A DNA stretch of 64,000 nt from an uncultured bacterium. GTDB lineage: Bacteria > Fidelibacterota > Marinisomatia > SCGC-AAA003-L08 > TS1B11. The notes under the pieces were generated by a model. That model saw nothing but the letters and a program-made list of their open reading frames with translations, did no database searches and was not told where the DNA came from. Position 1 is the first letter of the stretch. Each line of letters begins with the position of its first letter. Below, one piece after another: positions 9,347 through 17,541 of this stretch. Location of the stretch: positions 6,705 to 70,704 of the forward strand of contig CAZULW010000005.1 in the NCBI GenBank assembly GCA_964621455.1, given 5' to 3'. The position numbers were made by a program, and so were the translations under genes.

Positions 9347-10417
9347 ATGGCAAGGCTCTCAAACTGGTTTGAAGACCGGTACAATCTACGACCGCTCATT
9401 GAGTTTCTGAAGAAAAAGCAGGTTCCCATGGGGCGGGGCTGGTATTGGTCATATATGGGAGGTGTGGCCCTATTCTTGTGTGCCATCCAGTTGGCTTCAG
9501 GAATCCTGCTGCTCATGTACTACAAGGCCAGCGCCAACGAAGCGTACGAATCGATCCGGTTTATCACTTCCAAGGTACAATTCGGCTGGCTGATTCGTAA
9601 TATCCATAGTTGGTCGGCTAACCTTCTGCTGCTGGTGGCCTTTCTCCACATGTTCTCGGTATTTTTCCAGCGTGCCTACCGCCAGCCCCGCGAGCTGACC
9701 TGGGTAACCGGGATGATACTTGGCCTGTTGTGCATGGCTTTTGGCTTCAGTGGTTACTTACTCCCCTGGAACGAGTTGGCTTTTTTCGCTACTAAGGTGG
9801 GTACCGAGATTGCGGGCGCCGTTCCCCTGGTGGGCAAGGCCATTATGATTGTTCTCCGGGGCGGTGAGGGGATCACCGGCGCTACCCTGCCGCGCTTTTT
9901 CGGTTTCCACGTGGCCATCCTACCAGCCGTGTTCGTGGTGTTTCTCACTATCCATCTGGTGTTCATCCAGCTGCAAGGTATGCACGAGCCCAAATCCTGG
10001 GCCGAGACACCCCCGAAAAAACGGCGTTCCATGCCCTTTTTTCCCCATTTCATGCTCCGCGATGTTCTTCTCTGGCTGATCGTTCTGAATATCGTGGCCG
10101 TTTTCGCTGTTTTTTTCCCGTGGGAACTGGGTTCCAAGGCCGATCTCTTCGCCCCGGCCCCAGCGAACATCAGGCCCGAGTGGTACTTCGTATTCATGTT
10201 TCAGACCCTCAAATTCATCCCCCCCCATGTCCTGGGTATCGAGGGCGAGGTGATCGGTATTCTGGGCTTCATGGCAGGTATCCTGGTCTGGCTGATTGTT
10301 CCCTTCATCGACCTCAAGGACGATGAGAAGCGCTATCGAATGTTGATACGTATCGGTATCGGAGTCATAGTGGTGGTCTATATAGCCGCCATGACCGTAT
10401 GGGGGTATATGGTATGA
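9347..10417 (+). CDS. Cytochrome b (fused b6 plus subunit IV type)
   Basis: The ATG at 9347 lies 2 nt after the Rieske TAG. The N-terminus MARLSNWFEDRYNL is typical of cytochrome b. Multiple TM helices with conserved His. The ORF-track start at 9212 is an upstream extension inside the Rieske gene. Confidence 0.9.
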   Translation: MARLSNWFEDRYNLRPLIEFLKKKQVPMGRGWYWSYMGGVALFLCAIQLASGILLLMYYKASANEAYESIRFITSKVQFGWLIRNIHSWSANLLLLVAFLHMFSVFFQRAYRQPRELTWVTGMILGLLCMAFGFSGYLLPWNELAFFATKVGTEIAGAVPLVGKAIMIVLRGGEGITGATLPRFFGFHVAILPAVFVVFLTIHLVFIQLQGMHEPKSWAETPPKKRRSMPFFPHFMLRDVLLWLIVLNIVAVFAVFFPWELGSKADLFAPAPANIRPEWYFVFMFQTLKFIPPHVLGIEGEVIGILGFMAGILVWLIVPFIDLKDDEKRYRMLIRIGIGVIVVVYIAAMTVWGYMV

Positions 10418-11658
10418 AGCGGCACCTGACTGTTCTCCTGGGGCTGGCCTGCCTGGTGGCAGTAGCCCGATCACAGGGAATTGAGCAAAGTGGATGTGTG
10501 GGGTGTCATCTTGAGCAGGACCCACCCTATTCCACCCCGGCGGAGACCTTCGAGTCCGATGTCCACGGTCAGGCGGGATTCACCTGCGAAGTCTGTCACG
10601 GCGGCGACCCGGAGGCCTGGGACTATGATGAAGCCAAGGACCCGGCGCGGGGCTTCATCGGCATTCCCGTCGGCCGACAGGTGGTGGAAGTCTGTGGCCG
10701 ATGCCATGCCGATCCAGATTTGATACGCCGGTACAATCCCAACCTCCCCACCGACCAGATAGCCAAGTACTGGACCAGCGGCCATGGCAAGAGTCTTATG
10801 CAGGGTAATACCGAGGTCGCCCAATGCGCCTCCTGCCACGGGACCCACGCCATCAAGCGCAGCGACGATCCCGGTTCACCGGTTTATCACAACAACGTCG
10901 CCAATACCTGCGGCGAATGCCACGCTAATCCTTTACTGATGAACAAGTTTGATATCAATTCTCAAGTTGTCGCACAATACCGTGGCAGCGTTCACGGTAC
11001 AGCGCTGTTGCTGCACGGAGATGTTGCGGCTCCCACCTGTAACGATTGCCACGGAAACCACGGTGCCGCACCCCCGGAAGTCGGCTCTATTCAGGAAGTC
11101 TGTGGTGCCTGCCACGTCAATAACCAGACCCTGTACAATCAGACCAAGATGGGAAAAATGTTTTCCACCAAGGGTATGCACGGCTGCGTGGTTTGCCATA
11201 CAGCCCACGATATACAACCACCCAATGACAGCATGATCAGCGCTGATCCGGGTGGTGTCTGTGGCCGTTGTCATCAGCCTAGCGATCCAGGAGCTATCCA
11301 GGCAGGGCAAATGCGTTCCCTCCTCGACAGTCTAAACAATGCCTTGGTGGAAGCCAATCGAGCACTTGATGAAGCAGAAAACCGTGGGCTTGAGGTAGAA
11401 GACTTACTGTTTGATCTCCAGACCGCCACCTCCTTCATGATTCACTCCCGGACGAAGGTTCACACTTATGAGGCCAATAAGATCAGGGAAGAAGTAGAGC
11501 CGGGCCTGGAACTTGTGTCGAATATTGTGCACGGAGTAAGCTTGCTCATGCACGATTTCAGGATGCGAAAGGTCGGCCTTGGCATCGCCACCATTTTCAT
11601 CAGCTTCCTGGCCCTGGTTCTTTACCTCTACATTCGCACCCTCGATAAAAGTCAGTAA
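10414..11658 (+). CDS. Nonaheme cytochrome c with C-terminal TM anchor (cytochrome c subunit of the Rieske/cyt b complex)
   Basis: The ATG at 10414 overlaps the cytochrome b TGA (ATGA). Signal peptide, 9 CxxCH motifs and a C-terminal hydrophobic helix. Confidence 0.9.
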   Translation: MKRHLTVLLGLACLVAVARSQGIEQSGCVGCHLEQDPPYSTPAETFESDVHGQAGFTCEVCHGGDPEAWDYDEAKDPARGFIGIPVGRQVVEVCGRCHADPDLIRRYNPNLPTDQIAKYWTSGHGKSLMQGNTEVAQCASCHGTHAIKRSDDPGSPVYHNNVANTCGECHANPLLMNKFDINSQVVAQYRGSVHGTALLLHGDVAAPTCNDCHGNHGAAPPEVGSIQEVCGACHVNNQTLYNQTKMGKMFSTKGMHGCVVCHTAHDIQPPNDSMISADPGGVCGRCHQPSDPGAIQAGQMRSLLDSLNNALVEANRALDEAENRGLEVEDLLFDLQTATSFMIHSRTKVHTYEANKIREEVEPGLELVSNIVHGVSLLMHDFRMRKVGLGIATIFISFLALVLYLYIRTLDKSQ

Positions 11659-11767
11659 CGCCCCGGCAAGATGCTTGTCTCATCGGCAACTCCATCTGTT
11701 CAGCCCTGCAGCTTATTATCTGCGGGTTCCGGGAACTCAAGCCGTATTTAAGAGGAGCAGACAACAC

Positions 11768-12703
11768 GTGCGGTCATGGAGATCAATAGCGCCGGTGCTC
11801 TGGCTGGTAGTATCGGTATGGAGCCCCTCTGGATCGGACGCCCTTCAGGCCCAGGAACCGAGCCCCTACGAAAAATTTGATGTACTGATCCTGGCCGAGT
11901 ACGAGCACCCGGGAGTGGAGGTTCGGGTGGAAGGTGTTGTAAAGCCTGGCCAGTACCCGCGCTACCTGGAGCTGGAAGTGTCCCCGGATACCAGAATCGC
12001 TCTGCTCACGAAGCCCGGCCCCCAGGGCAAGCCGGTCAGTGAACGGATAGAGGCCCGGGAAGAGGACGGCAGGACCTACCTGCCCGTCGATGTCAGTGAG
12101 GCCCGGTTCCTGCTACGCTATTATTTCAACCCGTTTGACAGAGAGAGCGTGAAGCGGACGTTTGCCTATGAGTTGAACACCAATGAAGTGCTCCCTGAGT
12201 TTCATATGATCATCCAGAAGCCTGTTGCGGCGCAAAATTTTAAGCACTCCCTGGCTGAGGCCGAAGAACAGGTGGGCGAATTCGATCTGACCTATTATCA
12301 GCAACATATTCATGGGTTGCAGCCCGGCGCCGGCTTCAGCGTGGCGGTCGAGTACGACAATCCCACTCAGGCTCTCACCCTGACAGAGCTCCAGGCCAGG
12401 ATGGAGCGGAAGCAGGCGGAGGACGGCACCGGTCAGCGAGCTGCGGGCGACAGGCGCCCGTTGAATCTGATGACGGTTCTTTTGGCAGGGGCGCTGCTGG
12501 CCATATGCATATTCATCGCCTTCCGGCTGTGGGACGGGAGGAAGGCCGCGGCCTTGGGCAGGGCGCCCTGGAAAGCCCGGAGCTCTGCCCCGCCGGAAGC
12601 AGGCTCCGCAAAATCTCCCAAAGAAAAGCGGGTCTGCAGCGACTGCGGCACTCCCCGCCGGCCGGGAGCCCGCTTCTGCGCCCACTGCGGCAAGAAATTC
12701 TAG
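11768..12703 (+). CDS. Membrane protein with a periplasmic domain, one TM helix and a cytoplasmic C-terminal zinc ribbon
   Basis: The in-frame GTG at 11768 gives a signal-like N-terminus (VRSWRSIAPVLWLVVSVWS). TM helix LNLMTVLLAGALLAICIFIAF. C-terminus CSDCG...RFCAHCG. The start codon is uncertain. Confidence 0.6.
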   Translation: MRSWRSIAPVLWLVVSVWSPSGSDALQAQEPSPYEKFDVLILAEYEHPGVEVRVEGVVKPGQYPRYLELEVSPDTRIALLTKPGPQGKPVSERIEAREEDGRTYLPVDVSEARFLLRYYFNPFDRESVKRTFAYELNTNEVLPEFHMIIQKPVAAQNFKHSLAEAEEQVGEFDLTYYQQHIHGLQPGAGFSVAVEYDNPTQALTLTELQARMERKQAEDGTGQRAAGDRRPLNLMTVLLAGALLAICIFIAFRLWDGRKAAALGRAPWKARSSAPPEAGSAKSPKEKRVCSDCGTPRRPGARFCAHCGKKF

Positions 12704-12913
12704 ATTGTCCGCGGGCCTGATCGGCGGAATGCTCGTATACGGCAAGGGCCGAGGCCACGTCGGGGTCCATCCTGGGCCACCCCACAAACGGGGAAGCGAG
12801 GATCGGGGAAATTAGACAAAACCCCGCCAAAATCCCGCATTTTAAGGGTACCCCCCCGACGAGAGGCGTAAATCTCCCTGTTGAAAAATATTTCCGCCCC
12901 AAAACCGCCCTCT

Positions 12914-12999
12914 GGGCCCACGACGTAGGAACCAGGGACCCATACGGGCAGCGCCCTCAGGGTCCATGACGTTGGAACTAGGACCCCTATGGGCAGCGC
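12914..12999. repeat. Two tandem 40-nt hairpin-forming direct repeats (REP-like)
   Basis: gggcccacgacgtaggaaccagggacccatacgggcagcgc versus gggtccatgacgttggaactaggacccctatgggcagcgc. The second copy has internal GGGTCC...GGACCC arms. Confidence 0.6.
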
Positions 13000-13216
13000 T
13001 CGCGGGATGATATGGCTGCGGTATCCTCATTGCGCCCTAATATAAGCCAGAGGGCGGGCCTTGTCGTTCGCCTGGTGCGCGTGAAGAAATGAATATTGAC
13101 GATTTAATATTGTCGATTGAAGAGAAAAATAGAAAGAATATGAGAAAAGAGAACCGCCAAGGCGCAAAGGACGCCAAGAGGAAAGATAGAAATAACCGCC
13201 AAGGCTCGCTTCTAGC

Positions 13217-13267
13217 CCCGCCTGGGGCGGGATACTAGACCCCGCTTCCTGCCCCGCCGATGGCGGG
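13217..13267. repeat. Two copies of the CCCGCC-N3-GGCGGG mini-hairpin
   Basis: Exact 6-bp arms at 13217-13231 and 13253-13267. The same hairpin recurs at 47975-47989 and 52534-52548. Confidence 0.7.
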
Positions 13268-13352
13268 ACTTTCGGCGGGGCGGGCGCGCGGGCGATGTAG
13301 ATGCCGGTAAGACTCTTCCGAAATTTGTTTCTGAAGTTATAAATTGTTAGAG

Positions 13353-13485
13353 GTCTAACGGATGAAATAACCCGCGTGAAACTTTTCACCACAGGACTTT
13401 CCCGATGCAAATTTACGTTTGTTAAACCATTAAACATCGAAATTACGCGTCCAGCTTTTCACGTCAGGTTGATTGTGGGTTAGAT
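13353..13485 (-). mobile_element. attC-like site 3 (after the TSP3-repeat cassette)
   Basis: On the minus strand it starts with ATCTAAC (RYYYAAC) 17 nt after the gene stop and ends with GTTAGAC (GTTRRRY). Internal CGTGAAA/TTTCACG pairing. 133 nt long. Confidence 0.45.
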
Positions 13486-13502
13486 GGCACAAGGTATTGT
13501 AT

Positions 13503-13967
13503 TTATGGTAGTAAAAGATATAGACCTTCACAATCCTTCATTCGTTCTTCACAGTTTGGAACATCTTTTTCTTTATTATATAAGCTGGCATCGGTATCCT
13601 GATCAGGATCATTTGGGTAATGGTCAAATAAATCATTACAGCCATCGCCATCTGAATCATCTATACAAGAAGGCATTTGTTTTGTACGATCTAGATCATT
13701 GACTAAACTTTGCCAGTAATTTTCGGATGAATCTGGAAAAAGTTCGGCAATTGCATAAATGTTATCAACATATCCATCGCCATCAATATCGAGATCGGTT
13801 TCATCTGGAATGCCATCAGCATCACTGTCTCTATAGTAGCTTTCGTCATTAGGAAAATCATCAAGGAGGTCAATGCAACCGTCACCATCGGTATCACAGT
13901 CAATGTCATTATCATTGCAACAAAATGAAAAAATGATTACTAAACATAAGAGAATTGTTTTAAGCAT
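13503..13967 (-). CDS. Secreted thrombospondin type-3-like calcium-binding repeat protein (integron cassette ORF)
   Basis: Signal peptide MLKTILLCLVIIFSFCC. Repeated DxDxDGxxDxxD motifs (DTDGDGCIDLLD, DSDADGIPDETD, DIDGDGYVD, DSDGDGCNDLFD). The segment is AT-rich by eye. Confidence 0.8.
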   Translation of the reverse strand: MLKTILLCLVIIFSFCCNDNDIDCDTDGDGCIDLLDDFPNDESYYRDSDADGIPDETDLDIDGDGYVDNIYAIAELFPDSSENYWQSLVNDLDRTKQMPSCIDDSDGDGCNDLFDHYPNDPDQDTDASLYNKEKDVPNCEERMKDCEGLYLLLP

Positions 13968-13998
13968 TTATTAAAAATGACCTATTTTGATTTTATGC

Positions 13999-14071
13999 TC
14001 TCTAACGGCTGAGCTCACCCGCCGCCATGGAGCACAGCGCAATAGCGGTCAGGTGCAGCGCCTTGTTAGAC
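13999..14071 (-). mobile_element. attC-like site 2 (after the 83-aa cassette ORF)
   Basis: The minus strand reads GTCTAAC-AAGGCGCTGCACC...GGGTGAGCTCAGCC-GTTAGAG. It forms an imperfect palindrome with bulges. 73 nt long. Confidence 0.55.
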
Positions 14072-14102
14072 GAAGTGCGAGCAATCTTTCTCTTACACCT
14101 TG

Positions 14103-14354
14103 TCACCGCACAATCGGCTCTTCGCTCACAGGTGTGACCGTACAGGTACAGCGCGTCCAGCCTGGATCGAGGAATTTGTGTATTGCATCCAGGCTATCCG
14201 CTTCCACGATATAGTAGATCGCGTGCTCGGAGAACGCACCATACATCGCCTTCAGCTTAGTCCCCTCTACGTTTGGATTATACAGTACCTTTGATCCCCC
14301 GGCGTCCTTAGGGCAATGTTCGGGAGTGTGGGTCTGTGTGATATGGAATAGCAT
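14103..14354 (-). CDS. Small (83 aa) soluble protein of unknown function (integron cassette ORF)
   Basis: Clean ORF with an AGGAGG RBS upstream (aaaaggaggtgtaagATG). No recognisable family by eye. Confidence 0.6.
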   Translation of the reverse strand: MLFHITQTHTPEHCPKDAGGSKVLYNPNVEGTKLKAMYGAFSEHAIYYIVEADSLDAIHKFLDPGWTRCTCTVTPVSEEPIVR

Positions 14355-14654
14355 CTTACACCTCCTTTTATTAGGTAGTTTAGTAAGTTAAGTTAATTAA
14401 AATTTTAGTTAGTTAGAAGTTCACGCAATGTTAAATAAATATGGTTGCCGACCAACAAAATATTTTAATTGCAACCAACCTTTTAACCAGGACAATCCGG
14501 TTCAGTTAGAAAATACATCGATAAAAATACGACGCACATCTTCGGGGGCGCGCAGCAATTTCGATTTCGGCATTAACCTCTCTCATAGAACCTCCCGAAA
14601 CAGACAAATACATACACGTCAATCTGATTTAGCAATTTTCTATACATCCCAAAA

Positions 14655-14762
14655 GCCTAACGAAGATGCGTTTCAGCCGCGAAGGCGCGGCTGCTGCTAC
14701 TTCTTCTCGGTCTTCGGCTTGGCTCGACGCCGCGCCCCGTCGTCTGCATGCCGTTGTTAGCC
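14655..14762 (-). mobile_element. attC-like site 1 (after the cyclase cassette)
   Basis: On the minus strand, GGCTAAC overlaps the cyclase TAA stop and the site ends in GTTAGGC. Internal complementary blocks ATGC/GCAT and GGCGCGGC/GCCGCGCC. 108 nt long. Confidence 0.55.
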
Positions 14763-15341
14763 CGCCGAGGCTCGCAGTACGCGCACACCAAGAGACTCAC
14801 TTTTTCCTTTCAATTCAAGCCGACGTTGCTCCAAATCCCCAAGCTTCAGGCTAGAAGCGACATAGGCCACATCGCTAATTAGAGCCTCACCCGCCCCGGC
14901 CTTAGACGCGAGACGGGCGGTAATGTTGACGTTATCACCCAGGGCTGTAACATCAGTGACACTTCCTTCCGCTCCGCTAACCGTGCCTACGTAGGCAATG
15001 CCTGTGTGAACGCCAACACCAACCGAGAGCCAAGGACCCTGCCTATCGGTGTGACCTGTGACTTGGAGCAATTCTTGGGCGGCCAGCACTGACGCGCGCG
15101 CATGATGGGCCCCTGTGAAGAGAGGGAAATATAGCCCAAGCACTTCATCCCCAACGAACTTGTCAATGAAAGCATCTGTCTTAATCAGCACCTTCGTGGC
15201 CGCCTTGTAAAATCGATTCATCAATCGGCTGAAGTCAGCCGCGCTCATCCTTTCAGCCAAACTTGTCGACCCGCGCACGTCTACAAAGAGCATGGAAATC
15301 TCGACTTCCGTACCACCCGGGTACTTGTGCATGAAATGCAT
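14757..15341 (-). CDS. Class III adenylate/guanylate cyclase catalytic domain (downstream part of a TGA-interrupted gene)
   Basis: Motifs MLFVDVRGSTSLAE...FVGDEVLG...GVHTGIAYVG...ALGDNVNITARL. The ATG immediately follows the in-frame TGA at 15342-15344. Confidence 0.85.
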   Translation of the reverse strand: MHFMHKYPGGTEVEISMLFVDVRGSTSLAERMSAADFSRLMNRFYKAATKVLIKTDAFIDKFVGDEVLGLYFPLFTGAHHARASVLAAQELLQVTGHTDRQGPWLSVGVGVHTGIAYVGTVSGAEGSVTDVTALGDNVNITARLASKAGAGEALISDVAYVASSLKLGDLEQRRLELKGKSESLGVRVLRASAG

Positions 15342-15344
15342 TCA

Positions 15345-15557
15345 AAAGTTACAGAAGCGGGGGTTTCTTCTGTATTGGCCTCTACCAACAAGGCGTGCCA
15401 AGAGTGCTCCTATACCATCGAAGGGGGCACTACAATTCTTACAACGGTCGTTTCCAGGAAGGAGCCTAAACCGTCGTCGGTCTTTGGCCCAGCTAAATTG
15501 GCCGCTCAAAAGTGCATGCCATACTTCATTTGCGGTTGGTTCTGTTGACATAGACAT
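15345..15557 (-). CDS. N-terminal zinc-ribbon segment of the same cyclase, ending at the in-frame TGA
   Basis: CKNC...(30 aa)...CNF followed by TGA, then MHFMHKYPGG in the same frame. AAGGAG RBS upstream of the ATG at 15557. Confidence 0.65.
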
Positions 15558-15743
15558 TCTCCTTGAGATAGTGTAGACGGGCTAACTATCATTTATGAAG
15601 ATAAACTACTCGCACTAAGAATATCATATTCTGCTTATCACCAGGTCGATATTAACTATCAAGGCTCGAGATGTCAAAATATAAATTACTGTAATTATAT
15701 CACTTGGTTGTAGGGCATTCATGGTACTATTATTCCCAATAAC
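15558..15743. promoter_or_regulatory. Divergent intI/cassette intergenic region (candidate attI plus promoters)
   Basis: AT-rich 186 nt between the first cassette (-) and the intI relic (+). A GTTAGCC core on the minus strand (about 15581-15587) lies 23 nt upstream of the cassette RBS. Confidence 0.35.
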
Positions 15744-16130
15744 ATGGACGGGAAAAATTCTGAATATCATACCAAGCCCAAATTGCTTACCCAGGTAAAA
15801 TGGGCCATGCGTACCCGTAATTACAGTCCCCGGACGATTACGACGTATGTTCAGTGGATCAAAAGGTTCATCCTGTTCCATAACAAGACCCACCCCACCG
15901 AGATGGGGAAGGGGGAAGTGAGGACCTTTCTCACATATCTTGCCGTGGAGCAGAACGTAGCACCTTCCACGCAGAATCAGGCTTTACAGGCGCTTCTGTT
16001 TCAATATCGGGATGTTCCGGAACGCCGGCTATCCGCAGGCCTGCATATCTACCGTCTAGTATTCCAGGAGTACACCAGGTCCATCGAGAGGCTTTTGTCC
16101 CCGACGCTTTGGGTCGGGGGGTGCTGGTGA
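15744..16130 (+). pseudogene. intI: Integron integrase (IntI) relic with the catalytic core deleted
   Basis: N-terminal 85 aa carry the integron-integrase signature (YVQWIKRFILFHNKTHPTEMGKGEVRTFLTYLAVEQNVAPSTQNQALQALLF). The ORF then jumps to a degenerate C-terminal tail (HIYRLV...LLSPTLW, compare IYTHV...SPLD). 128 aa against about 320 aa expected. Confidence 0.75.
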
Positions 16131-16279
16131 AGTAAGATGAGAAGGGCCTATTATTGGAAAAGGCCCGGGTTACCTATACAGGCAACGTTTCGGACATTAC
16201 GCACATACTGACTAATGGCCGTCCCGCGGAATCCTTCTTGCTCATCTGATGTAGACCTTAATCTCTTTCATGATAACCC

Positions 16280-16515
16280 TCATTTCTCGGACGGTACCTC
16301 CTTCATTATCTTCCGCTCCGCCAGGGTGGCGTAGAGCACAGGCACGACAAAGACCGTGACGATGGCCAAAACCATGCCCCCGAAAGACGGAATGACTATA
16401 GGCACCATGATGTCCGAGCCCCTCCCGGTGGAAGTCAGGACAACCAGGAGCGCCAGGATGGTGGTACTGGCGGTCATCATGGCCGGTCGGATACGCCGGG
16501 CACATAGTGATCGTG
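16280..16515 (-). pseudogene. C-terminal relic of an HME-RND (CusA/CzcA-like) pump
   Basis: ARRIRPAMMTASTTILALLVV...GSDIMVPIVIPSFGGMVLAIVTVFVVPVLY aligns with the last two TM helices of the intact CusA in this window (RVRPKMMTVTTTMAGLMPI...). No upstream pump body remains. Confidence 0.7.
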
Positions 16516-17091
16516 GTTGCGATCATGATTGTCGTGGCGGTCGGTTTTCACATTTTCATGGGCTTCGGACGGTGCCTCAGTAGAACCATGCTGGTGGGTG
16601 GAATGATCATGATTTAGTTCAGCTGGCGGAGCCTCCAGCTCCACGCCTATGCCGTATTGAAAGACTAATCTCCCACCCCGATCTGCGCCCAGAACCAGAA
16701 TAACTGCGGCCACGATGAGCAGCACCGGACGACCCAGTCTAGACCACCACAACGCCTCGGCGTTCAGGCTCTTCACATAGGTCAGAATTGCCTGCATCAG
16801 TGCCAGGACAACGGTTATTCCCGTGAACCAAACCATAAAGTCGCGGTGCGTGTGAACCATATCATGCCCTGGAGATTCGTGCCCTATGGTATCAGCTGCT
16901 ATGTAGCCGGTGATTACAGTGACCACTGCCGCCAGCACGTTCAAGTAAATAAGAGTGGTAGCAGTATTACGGAACTGGTCCTTTTTCAGGGACAGATAGA
17001 GCACTTCAAACAGCAGCGCCAACATGGTCATTGCGATGGGGAAGTGAACGAATAGTGGGTGAACGTTCAGAAGGTTTTCAAAGCCAGGCAT
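16477..17091 (-). CDS. DUF2231-like membrane protein with a His-rich C-terminal tail
   Basis: N-terminal HPLFVHFPIAMT motif and 4 TM helices. The tail is HDHSTHQHGS...HENVKTDRHDNHDRNHDH. Its 3' end overlaps the RND relic. Confidence 0.75.
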   Translation of the reverse strand: MPGFENLLNVHPLFVHFPIAMTMLALLFEVLYLSLKKDQFRNTATTLIYLNVLAAVVTVITGYIAADTIGHESPGHDMVHTHRDFMVWFTGITVVLALMQAILTYVKSLNAEALWWSRLGRPVLLIVAAVILVLGADRGGRLVFQYGIGVELEAPPAELNHDHSTHQHGSTEAPSEAHENVKTDRHDNHDRNHDHYVPGVSDRP

Positions 17092-17124
17092 GGGTTGTTC
17101 CTCTCTCTCATTTTGGCTAAGTGA

Positions 17125-17472
17125 CTAGGATTTTTTCTTACCGAACATGGTTCCCACCGTTGTAATGATGGATTCCCTCTCGTAGCCTTTTTGTATCAAG
17201 TCCTGGATAAAGTCCTTCTCCTGGACCGCGGTATCACAGGTGCAGGAAACCAGCTCCTTATCCCCGCAACTCCCGCATGAGCATAGGAAATGACTGGCAA
17301 TGTCAAGAACCTCGCTGCTGTAGATAATCGGCACTGACGTTCGGCTGGGGGATGTACGTGTACTCAAAATCGTGCCAATTAAGACTCCTATGGAAATGAG
17401 CAGAATGCCTCCAATGATTATCGGGAGGTAGTTGGGCTTTTTACTGGTTTGATAAACCTTTCTAACGGGCAT
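17125..17472 (-). CDS. N-terminally anchored Cys-rich protein (CxCxxC-x7-CxC motif)
   Basis: TM helix YLPIIIGGILLISIGVLIGTIL, then CSCGSCGDKELVSCTC followed by a helical domain. Paralogous motif to the ORF at 19063-19530. Confidence 0.7.
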   Translation of the reverse strand: MPVRKVYQTSKKPNYLPIIIGGILLISIGVLIGTILSTRTSPSRTSVPIIYSSEVLDIASHFLCSCGSCGDKELVSCTCDTAVQEKDFIQDLIQKGYERESIITTVGTMFGKKKS

Positions 17473-17541
17473 GGAATCCTCCTTTTACATTGTTCTATTT
17501 TCTCACCAATCAAATGATACCAGCACTCATTCTGATTCTGT

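Noticed and set aside
13346-13359. A fourth attC starting at the back-to-back GTTAGAG|GTCTAAC junction and extending into 13030-13345.
   Set aside because: No matching GTTRRRY partner core could be found on the minus strand further downstream. The region is instead filled with the GC hairpin repeats.
13027-13437. 136-aa ORF, plus neighbours (12513-12902, 12700-12921, 12842-13030), across the 12.7-13.4 kb spacer.
   Set aside because: These frames run through the hairpin/REP-like repeats (translations such as WRPLRLGGSLFSYSFYFS). They have no RBS and no recognisable domains.
15280-15341. A bacterial SECIS element downstream of the cyclase TGA.
   Set aside because: Only a 5-bp GTACC/GGTAC stem and a 4-bp GCAT/ATGC stem are visible. 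There is no extended stem-loop at the expected spacing. This is kept as a low-probability alternative within the finding rather than annotated.
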